From the NCBI GenBank assembly GCA_003232155.1, contig QILY01000118.1, forward strand, positions 1 to 36,095: a DNA stretch of 36,095 nt. The letters are read 5' to 3'. Positions 28,409 through 36,095 of the stretch are shown here, piece after piece. Source of the DNA: Maribacter sp. Its GTDB lineage: Bacteria > Bacteroidota > Bacteroidia > Flavobacteriales > Flavobacteriaceae. The notes beneath the pieces are model-generated. The model did not search any database. It was not told where the DNA came from and was given only the letters and a program-made list of their open reading frames with translations. Positions within the stretch are counted from its first letter, which is position 1. Every line of letters starts with the position of its first letter. Position numbers and translations under genes: made by a program.

Positions 28409-29389
28409 ATGTCCACAGCCGTAGAGCCTATTTTGGAAGAAAACAAAGACCGATTTGTAATTTTCCCTATAAAACACGATGATTTATGGGAATGGTACAA
28501 AAAATGTGAGGCCTGCTTCTGGACAGCTGAAGAAATTGATTTAAGTGAAGACCTAAACGATTGGACTAATAAATTAAATGATGATGAGCGTTATTTCATT
28601 AAGCATATTTTAGCTTTTTTTGCGGCTTCCGACGGAATCGTAAATGAAAACTTAGCAGAGAACTTTGTAAGCGAAGTTCAATATGCAGAGGCCAAATTTT
28701 TCTACGGCTTTCAGATTATGATGGAGAACATCCACTCTGAAACCTATTCTCTTTTAATCGATACTTATGTAAAAGATGAAAAAGAGAAAAACATTCTTTT
28801 TAAAGCGATTGATAATTTCCCTGCAATCAAGAAAAAAGCAGATTGGGCTTTAGCTTGGATTGACTCTCCAAGTTTTGCAGAGCGTTTGATTGCTTTTGCA
28901 GCGGTTGAAGGTATTTTCTTCTCAGGCGCTTTCTGTTCAATCTTTTGGTTAAAGAAAAGAGGATTATTGCCAGGGCTTACTTTTTCGAATGAATTGATTT
29001 CAAGAGATGAAGGTATGCATTGCGATTATGCGGTGCACCTTCACAATAAACACTTGATTAATAAAGTACCAAAAGAACGTATTACTGCGATTTTGACTGA
29101 CGCTTTAAATATTGAAAGAGAATTTATTACCGAATCACTTCCTGCAAGTTTGATCGGTATGAATTCAAAATTGATGACACAATATTTAGAGTTTGTAACG
29201 GATCGACTTTTAGTTGAATTGGAATGTGAGAAGGTTTACAATGTTACGAATCCGTTCGACTTTATGGATATGATTTCCCTACAAGGAAAGACAAACTTCT
29301 TTGAGAAAAGAGTGGCCGAATACCAGAAAGCAGGCGTAATGAATAAAGATGAAGATGCTCAGAAAATCAGCTTTGACGCAGATTTCTAG
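28409..29389 (+). CDS. nrdB: Ribonucleotide reductase class Ia beta subunit
   Basis: [31 protein letters not shown] (radical Tyr), [21 protein letters not shown]. Confidence 0.96.
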   Translation: MSTAVEPILEENKDRFVIFPIKHDDLWEWYKKCEACFWTAEEIDLSEDLNDWTNKLNDDERYFIKHILAFFAASDGIVNENLAENFVSEVQYAEAKFFYGFQIMMENIHSETYSLLIDTYVKDEKEKNILFKAIDNFPAIKKKADWALAWIDSPSFAERLIAFAAVEGIFFSGAFCSIFWLKKRGLLPGLTFSNELISRDEGMHCDYAVHLHNKHLINKVPKERITAILTDALNIEREFITESLPASLIGMNSKLMTQYLEFVTDRLLVELECEKVYNVTNPFDFMDMISLQGKTNFFEKRVAEYQKAGVMNKDEDAQKISFDADF

Positions 29390-29603
29390 ATAAATTACCT
29401 AGACTACAAGAAGTTTCTTTGTAAAAGAAATCTTCTTGCAAGTTTATCCTCAAATATAATAACGACCTATTTTTTGCCTATAAGATTTTAAAATCCCGTA
29501 GGCTTTAATCAAGTAAATTAGAATTCGAATAAACACCTCGTATGCTAGCCGAGGAACTTTATTTGACCAATAGTATTAACCATTAAACAACAAAAGTAGC
29601 CAC

Positions 29604-32090
29604 ATGTATGTACTAAAAAGAGACGGAAGAAAAGAGCTGATTATGTTCGACAAGATTACAGCTCGAGTACGAAAATTATGCTACGGCCTTAATGGGCTAG
29701 TAGATCCCTTAAAAGTCGCAATGCGCGTTATCGAAGGTTTGTATGATGGCGTTACCACTTCAGAACTGGATAATTTGGCAGCTGAGATTGCAGCGACAAT
29801 GACGACTACGCATCCTGATTATGCAAAGTTAGCGGCTCGTATTTCTGTTTCAAACTTACATAAGAACACTAAAAAGTCGTTCTCAGAAACGATGGAAGAC
29901 TTGTACTTGTATGTAAATCCAAGAACAGGAAAAAAAGCACCCTTACTTTCTGATGAGGTGTTCAAGGTCATCAAAGAAAATTCTGAGAAACTAGATTCTA
30001 CTATTATTTATAACCGTGATTTTGGCTACGATTATTTCGGTTTTAAAACCTTGGAACGTTCTTACCTTTTAAAGTTAAATGGGAAGATTGCTGAACGACC
30101 ACAGCACATGTTAATGCGTGTTTCTATTGGTATACACTTAGATGATTTAGATTCGGCTATTGAGACCTATGAGTTGATGTCTAAAAAGTATTTTACACAT
30201 GCTACCCCAACACTTTTCAATTCTGGCACCCCAAAACCACAAATGTCTTCTTGCTTTTTATTGGCTATGAAAGACGATAGTATTGAAGGTATATATGATA
30301 CCTTGAAGAATACAGCTAAGATTTCGCAATCTGCAGGAGGAATTGGACTATCTATTCATAACATCAGAGCCACAGGTTCATACATTGCCGGAACTAACGG
30401 AACGTCAAATGGAATTGTGCCTATGCTACAGGTGTTCAATGACACGGCAAGATATGTAGATCAAGGTGGCGGAAAACGTAAAGGAAGTTTTGCTATTTAT
30501 ATGGAACCATGGCATGCCGATATTTACGAGTTTCTAGATTTGAAAAAGAACCATGGAAAAGAAGAAATGCGTGCGCGTGATCTGTTCTATGCCATGTGGA
30601 TTTCAGATCTGTTCATGAAAAGGGTAGAAGCCAATGAAGATTGGACCTTAATGTGCCCTAGCGAATGCCCAGGTCTTTTTACAAACCACAGTGAAGAGTT
30701 TGAAAAATTATATACAGGTTATGAAGCGGCAGGTAAAGGTCGAAAAACAGTAAAAGCCCGTGAACTTTGGGAAAAGATATTAGAATCTCAAATTGAGACA
30801 GGTACCCCTTATATGTTATATAAAGATGCGGCCAACCGTAAGAGTAACCAGAAAAATTTAGGAACGATTCGTTCTTCGAATTTGTGTACTGAGATTATGG
30901 AGTATACTTCTCCTGATGAAATCGCAGTATGTAATTTAGCTTCTATTGCCTTGCCAATGTTCGTTAAGAATGGAGAATTTGACCATAAAGAATTGTTCAA
31001 AGTAACGAAAAGAGTTACCAAAAACTTAAACATGGTAATAGATAGAAATTACTATCCTGTAATAGAGGCTGAAAACTCAAATATGCGCCACAGACCAATA
31101 GGTTTAGGTGTACAAGGTTTGGCGGATACGTTCATTATGTTACGCATGCCATTTACAAGTGATGAAGCTCAAAAGTTAAATCAAGAGATATTCGAAACTT
31201 TATATTTTGCAGCTGTAACCGCTTCAATGGAGGCAGCAAAAGAAGAAGGCACTTATTCTTCATATGAAGGTTCGCCAATTTCTCAAGGTGAATTTCAACA
31301 TAACCTATGGAATATTAAGGACGAAGAATTATCTGGAAGATGGGATTGGGGAAAACTGCGTAAAGAAGTCAAGAAAAATGGAGTGCGTAATTCTCTATTA
31401 GTTGCTCCTATGCCAACGGCATCCACTTCTCAAATATTAGGAAATAACGAATGCTTTGAACCATACACTTCTAACATATATACAAGAAGAGTACTTTCTG
31501 GGGAATTTATTGTGGTGAACAAACACCTTTTAGAAGATTTGGTATCCTTAGGTTTATGGAATGAAGACATGAAGCAAGAATTAATGCGTGCAAATGGATC
31601 TATACAGCACATTGAAACTATTCCGCAAGATATTCGTGAATTGTATAAGACTGTTTGGGAACTTAGCATGAAAGACATTATTGATATGAGTAGGCATAGA
31701 GGCTACTTTATAGACCAGAGCCAATCATTGAACTTGTTTATGGAGAATGCAAACTATTCTAAACTGACTTCAATGCACTTTTATGCCTGGAAAAGTGGCT
31801 TAAAAACAGGAATGTACTATCTACGTACCAAAGCTGCTGTTGATGCAATTAAGTTTACTTTGGACAATACAAAGAAGAAAGAAGTGCCTGTAAGCGTTGC
31901 AGCAGAAGCAGAAGTAGTGGCTGCAATACCTCCAACAGCTGCAGAAGCAGCTGCAATGAAAGTAGAAACTACATCTGTTGCCAGTACTGAAACCGATATA
32001 CAGCCTATGACAGCTGCAGAAATGAAAGAAATGGTAGCTAGAGCCAAAGAGGGCCAGACAGATGATGATTGTTTAATGTGCGGTTCTTAA
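29604..32090 (+). CDS. nrdA: Ribonucleotide reductase class Ia alpha subunit with N-terminal ATP cone
   Basis: VLKRDG ATP cone, [32 protein letters not shown]-terminal CLMC. Confidence 0.97.
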   Translation: MYVLKRDGRKELIMFDKITARVRKLCYGLNGLVDPLKVAMRVIEGLYDGVTTSELDNLAAEIAATMTTTHPDYAKLAARISVSNLHKNTKKSFSETMEDLYLYVNPRTGKKAPLLSDEVFKVIKENSEKLDSTIIYNRDFGYDYFGFKTLERSYLLKLNGKIAERPQHMLMRVSIGIHLDDLDSAIETYELMSKKYFTHATPTLFNSGTPKPQMSSCFLLAMKDDSIEGIYDTLKNTAKISQSAGGIGLSIHNIRATGSYIAGTNGTSNGIVPMLQVFNDTARYVDQGGGKRKGSFAIYMEPWHADIYEFLDLKKNHGKEEMRARDLFYAMWISDLFMKRVEANEDWTLMCPSECPGLFTNHSEEFEKLYTGYEAAGKGRKTVKARELWEKILESQIETGTPYMLYKDAANRKSNQKNLGTIRSSNLCTEIMEYTSPDEIAVCNLASIALPMFVKNGEFDHKELFKVTKRVTKNLNMVIDRNYYPVIEAENSNMRHRPIGLGVQGLADTFIMLRMPFTSDEAQKLNQEIFETLYFAAVTASMEAAKEEGTYSSYEGSPISQGEFQHNLWNIKDEELSGRWDWGKLRKEVKKNGVRNSLLVAPMPTASTSQILGNNECFEPYTSNIYTRRVLSGEFIVVNKHLLEDLVSLGLWNEDMKQELMRANGSIQHIETIPQDIRELYKTVWELSMKDIIDMSRHRGYFIDQSQSLNLFMENANYSKLTSMHFYAWKSGLKTGMYYLRTKAAVDAIKFTLDNTKKKEVPVSVAAEAEVVAAIPPTAAEAAAMKVETTSVASTETDIQPMTAAEMKEMVARAKEGQTDDDCLMCGS

Positions 32091-32100
32091 GAGGACAGAA

Positions 32101-32161
32101 TTTACTACAAATAAAAACCCCAACTATAAGTTAAAGAGTTGGGGTTTTTATTTGTAGTAAA
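32101..32161. terminator. Long bidirectional terminator
   Basis: Perfect 25-bp arms TTTACTACAAATAAAAACCCCAACT / AGTTGGGGTTTTTATTTGTAGTAAA, 11-nt loop. Confidence 0.85.
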
Positions 32162-32186
32162 TACAAAACTGCTATTTATTTCTATC

Positions 32187-32273
32187 CTATTCTTTAGCTA
32201 TATAAGGTTTTATAGCTATAGAGAATATATAAAGTGCAATATAAATTATTAAAATGGTGAGATACTTGTCCAT
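32187..32273 (-). CDS. Putative 28-aa hydrophobic peptide
   Basis: MDKYLTILIIYIALYIFSIAIKPYIAKE*; ends just before the bidirectional terminator. Confidence 0.45.
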   Translation of the reverse strand: MDKYLTILIIYIALYIFSIAIKPYIAKE

Positions 32274-32429
32274 AGTTTCGGGGGTTTATAAGTATATACG
32301 CTATTTGAACGAAAAAAGATTGTGAACCTTACAAATTTTTAACTAAAAAATCGTTAAAAAACAAAAATCAGTAGTTCAATGGACATGATTAACATTAACC
32401 ATAGAGCTAAATGTTCGCCAAAATCTGCC

Positions 32430-32564
32430 TCAATTGGTATATAGTTTGAAGTTTAAATCAATCTTCAATGGACGAGTCTTTTTCCTTCGATAGATATAAA
32501 ACGCCACTTTTGAAAGTAACATTAATAATGCGTAGGCTAAAATTGCGTATATATGGGGGATCAT
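32430..32564 (-). CDS. Putative 44-aa single-TM peptide
   Basis: MIPHIYAILAYALLMLLSKVAFYIYRRKKTRPLKIDLNFKLYTN*; TM followed by RRKK. Confidence 0.4.
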   Translation of the reverse strand: MIPHIYAILAYALLMLLSKVAFYIYRRKKTRPLKIDLNFKLYTN

Positions 32565-32609
32565 ACCACAAAGAACGCAATAAGTAGGTAGTATCTTAGC
32601 AGTTTAAAT

Positions 32610-32651
32610 ATGTAGTTCATCGAAAAGTGTATATTTTTCGATGAACTACAT
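32610..32651. promoter_or_regulatory. 17-bp perfect inverted repeat (operator-like or hairpin)
   Basis: ATGTAGTTCATCGAAAA-8 nt-TTTTCGATGAACTACAT. Confidence 0.5.
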
Positions 32652-32861
32652 GAAGATTTTTATTTATAGGATGAACTGCAAGTATTTTTAACTTTTCATC
32701 CACAAGAAATATGAATTTTATTAAGGAGTAGTCTTACTTTACAAAAAAGCATCTACCTTTTTTATAGTCAAATTGGTATTAACCTGTTAGTGCTACGTTT
32801 TTATCCTCCAAATCTTACTATTTACATGGCTTCTGAGAAATCACTATTAATCGAACTCAGG

Positions 32862-33509
32862 TTATAAAGACCAAGCTTTACCTTCTGTTAATTCTTCTAC
32901 ATCACCACAAGCAATATATTTTCCAGGAATAGATTGGTAAGCCAATATTTCTTCACCAACATATTCAGAGGTTTTATAAGCCCAAATAGTCAATCCTCTT
33001 AAATTACTCGTAAATGCATAACGTGCAGTGTCATCGCTAAGATTTCCACCGCCGCCAGCAGCACTTTCTTCTATATAAGCTTCAATGGCTTTCTGATAGG
33101 TTTTTTCTTGCTCTTTAGATATTTTGAGCGCATTTGCTACTATAGGTTCCAAATCTACGGGTTCTAAATCTACAGCTTTTTCCTTTCCAGAAGCTTCCAA
33201 TGCTTTACTAATAAATTTATCCATAGTCATTTTCACCATGTCTTGTTGCTCTTTTTCCATTACTTCATTGGCAAATCGATCAACAAAAATATTGACCTGT
33301 ACCTCAGTTGCAGAGGGCGTATCTGTTTTAGGAAGAATAATATCAACAAGATGAGTAAGAACCGAGCCTTGTTCTTTAGTGAAGAAATGAGGAGTCCATT
33401 CAAGTACGTTTTCTGTTTTACAACTTTGAACTATACTAATCAAAGTAGGTGTTGCTACCACGTACCCTAGTGACATTCCCATGTTTCTGAGTGCTTTCCT
33501 TCTATCCAT
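32862..33509 (-). CDS. Gluconate 2-dehydrogenase subunit 3 family (LacC-like, Tat-signal) protein
   Basis: MDRRKAL twin-arginine-like signal, lipobox-like QSC, IILPKTDTPSA, YKTSEYVG, IPGKY; TAATG coupling with the GMC gene. Confidence 0.88.
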   Translation of the reverse strand: MDRRKALRNMGMSLGYVVATPTLISIVQSCKTENVLEWTPHFFTKEQGSVLTHLVDIILPKTDTPSATEVQVNIFVDRFANEVMEKEQQDMVKMTMDKFISKALEASGKEKAVDLEPVDLEPIVANALKISKEQEKTYQKAIEAYIEESAAGGGGNLSDDTARYAFTSNLRGLTIWAYKTSEYVGEEILAYQSIPGKYIACGDVEELTEGKAWSL

Positions 33510-35221
33510 TATATATTTCCTTTTTTAAGTTCTTGTGCTGCATGGTTGGCAGCTCTGGCACTAAATGCCATATAAGTTAATGATGGGTTAACGCAACTTG
33601 CCGAAGTCATAAATGATCCGTCAGTTACATACACATTGGGCACATCATGAAGGGCATTATTACCGTCAAGTACCGAAGTTTTACGATTTCTACCCATACG
33701 GGCTGTTCCCATTTCATGAATACTTAGACCCAATGCACCAGGATTATCATAAGGCTCCACCTCACGCAAACCAGCTTTCTCTAACATTTGAACAGCAGAT
33801 TCTTTCATGTCTTTTCGCATGTTCCATTCGTTTTCTTTGAACGCTGCATCAAAGGTAACCGTAGGTAAGTCCCATTTGTCTTTTTTGTCGTAGTCAAGGG
33901 TAAATCGATTTTCTTGGTCAGGTAATACTTCTCCAAAGCCTGTCATACCAAATTCCCATCCGCCTGGCTTTAGAACGGCATCTTTCAAATCTTTTCCGTA
34001 GGATAGCTCAGCAATAGTATCTTCCCAATTGCCCCTAGAAGCACCGCCTTGATAGCCAAAGCCTCGTTTATAATCTTTTCTATTCGAATCACCACCTAAG
34101 TTTCTAAATCGTGGGATATAAATTCCGTTAGGTTTTCTTCCTTTATAATATTTGTCTTCAAAACCATCAAATTTTCCTGAAGCACCTACACCTAGATGAT
34201 GATCCATAATGTTACGGCCCAACTGGTCTGATTCATTACCCATTCCGTTAGGAAAAGCATCTGATTTAGATTGCATTAAAATAGAAGTTGAAGCTATAGC
34301 TGACGCACAAAGGAAAATGACTTTGGCCTTGAACTCAAAGGTTTCATTGGTAAGGCGATCTATAACTTTTACGCCAGTAGCTTTTTTAGTATCTGGGTCG
34401 TACATTACCTCGTGAACAATAGAATCTGGTCGAAGCGTCATATTACCCGTACGTTCTGCTGCAGGTAATGTTGAAGACAGACTGCTGAAATAGGCCCCAA
34501 AAGGACAACCTCTCATACATCTGTTTCTAAACTGACAATTACTACGGCCATCAAATTGTTTGGAACCAGTAAGGTGGGCGACACGGCCAGCTGTTACAAC
34601 ACGGCCATTGAAATTCTCAGCTACCTTTTCTCTAAAATGTTGCTCTACGCAATTAAGCTCCATCATGGGCAAGAAATTGCTATCAGGTAATTGAGGAAGC
34701 CCTAATGGCTCACCACAAACACCAATATAGGTCTCTACTTTTTCATACCATGGGGCAATATCTTTATAGCGAACGGGCCAATCAACTGCTACGCCTTCAC
34801 GTTTGTTTGCTGTGAAATCAATATCGCTCCAACGATAACTGTGACGTCCCCATTGCAGTGATCGTCCACCTACATGATAACCACGTATCCAATCAAAACG
34901 TTTGGTTTCATTATAAGGGTGTTCCAAATCATCAACAAACCACATATTGTGCTCGGGCTTGGTAGTATAACCTGTTCTATGTTGTTTTCCTTGTTTGGCA
35001 ATAATCTCCTGGGTGGGTTGTCCTCCGTTAGGAAAATCCCAAGGATCTAAATGGGCGGTCTTATAGTCTTCAATATGATTGACCATTCTTCCACGTTCTA
35101 AAACCAAGGTTTTTAAACCGTTTTCACATAATTCTTTTGCTGCCCAGCCGCCGCTGATTCCAGTACCTACAACAATCGCATCATACGATTCTTGTGCTTC
35201 ATTGTAATAGAATTTACCCAT
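33509..35221 (-). CDS. GMC-family FAD oxidoreductase (glycoside 3-dehydrogenase LacA-like)
   Basis: VVGTGISGGWAAKEL, LERG, CQFRNRCMRGC Fe-S motif, HEMGTARMG, NPSLT. Confidence 0.9.
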   Translation of the reverse strand: MGKFYYNEAQESYDAIVVGTGISGGWAAKELCENGLKTLVLERGRMVNHIEDYKTAHLDPWDFPNGGQPTQEIIAKQGKQHRTGYTTKPEHNMWFVDDLEHPYNETKRFDWIRGYHVGGRSLQWGRHSYRWSDIDFTANKREGVAVDWPVRYKDIAPWYEKVETYIGVCGEPLGLPQLPDSNFLPMMELNCVEQHFREKVAENFNGRVVTAGRVAHLTGSKQFDGRSNCQFRNRCMRGCPFGAYFSSLSSTLPAAERTGNMTLRPDSIVHEVMYDPDTKKATGVKVIDRLTNETFEFKAKVIFLCASAIASTSILMQSKSDAFPNGMGNESDQLGRNIMDHHLGVGASGKFDGFEDKYYKGRKPNGIYIPRFRNLGGDSNRKDYKRGFGYQGGASRGNWEDTIAELSYGKDLKDAVLKPGGWEFGMTGFGEVLPDQENRFTLDYDKKDKWDLPTVTFDAAFKENEWNMRKDMKESAVQMLEKAGLREVEPYDNPGALGLSIHEMGTARMGRNRKTSVLDGNNALHDVPNVYVTDGSFMTSASCVNPSLTYMAFSARAANHAAQELKKGNI

Positions 35222-35304
35222 TTACCAAATTGTTTAGTCTTTAAATTTATTAAATAAAGAATTAATTTTCTACATTTATTGGCTATTCTTTTTAACGAAG
35301 GCAT

Positions 35305-36095
35305 CTAAGTACATGACAAAAATTGTATTATATTGATATCCATTGGTTTGAGGGCATTCAGTAGGCAGTTAGCAATATGGTCGAGGCCGTATTTGAACAA
35401 TGTCCTTGCCCTCCTGCCGTGTTTTTTGATTTGGATGGGCCTTACGTTCTGGTGGAGGTATATGCCGACCTTGTAGCACCATACGAAGGCCAACATTACC
35501 AACAGCACTAGTTTTTCTATGCGTTCGAGATCTGTAAGGTGGGTCTTTTCGATATCGAACCCACTGGACTTCATGGCCTTGAAGCACATCTCAATTTGCC
35601 ACCGTTGGGCATAATCGTCCCTGGCCTCTTGTGGCCGGTTGAAGGAGACGATTATCAGGAAGTCCCCTTTTTGGAACTTGCAGCCCGAGAGATAGCAATA
35701 TTGGCCATTTATCGAGACGATCTTATCATAGTGCCTGTACTGCCCCGCCCTTAGGTCGTTGAAGAGCCACGAGGCCTTTATCTCCCTTCCCTTTCGGGGA
35801 AGGTACACCTTGAAGTTGTTACGGATACGTATGTGGTACCTGATCTGCTCCCTGTTCAGGTAGGATATCCATTTCTCCCCCACGAACTCCCTGTCCGCCA
35901 CAAGGCATTCTATACAGTCCTTGCCGAACAGGTACACAAAACGATCGATCAGGTCTATCCGTTCTTGGCTGTTGGAGTTCCCCCTCTTGTCCAACATGGT
36001 GAACAGCAATGGAAAGGCAACCCCTTGGTATACCACGCCCAACATAAAGATATTGATGTCCGTTTTCCCGAACTTCCAGTTGGTACGGTCGATGG
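35305..36095 (-). mobile_element. IS4-family insertion sequence, transposase truncated by the window edge
   Basis: Frame continues upstream of the called ATG (IDRTNWKFG...); ADREF and YAQRWQIEMCFKAMKS (YREK) motifs; stop TAG lies in the putative terminal repeat CTAAGTACATGACAAAA at 35305; visibly higher GC than the flanks. Confidence 0.93.

Noticed and set aside
990-35754. Numerous short ORFs overlapping or antisense to long genes (e.g. 3105..3521, 12487..12921, 23531..23935, 35369..35587)
   Set aside because: Shadow frames of well-supported CDSs.
1-36095. CRISPR array, tRNA/rRNA, prophage or defence island
   Set aside because: No regularly spaced direct repeats, cloverleafs, cas, phage or nuclease genes seen; the repeats are dispersed REP/MITE types.

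Overview
AT-rich chromosomal window from a Flavobacteriaceae-type (Bacteroidota) bacterium. This assignment is inferred from TAnnTTTG -7 promoters, the gene families present and REP-type repeats. The coding content is mostly housekeeping: alpha/beta hydrolase, DsbA/FrnE, two tandem ~1040-aa BNR/VPS10-like beta-propeller proteins, hemJ, histidine kinase, enoyl-CoA hydratase, PA0069-type radical SAM, HD protein, acyltransferase, bacilliredoxin, TerB/DjlA, HupE/UreJ, dCMP deaminase, S41 protease, MarC, DUF3109, a TPR-LytS/LytTR two-component system, class Ia nrdB-nrdA, a GMC dehydrogenase with its small subunit, and a truncated IS4 transposase. The unexplained signal is intergenic. (i) A ~290-nt highly structured RNA-like element (27395-27690) has a long closing stem, a 10-codon uORF and a possible terminator/antiterminator switch, and lies downstream of a LytTR-site-bearing small-peptide locus. 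(ii) Two unannotated small membrane-peptide ORFs and a 17-bp palindrome follow nrdA, and one peptide's start region is complementary to a G-rich loop of that RNA. (iii) Tandem Bacteroidetes SOS-type boxes overlap the radical-SAM promoter. (iv) Several families of nested MITE/REP elements are present, one apparently remodelling a kinase C-terminus. All functional calls come from motif recognition only; no searches were run.
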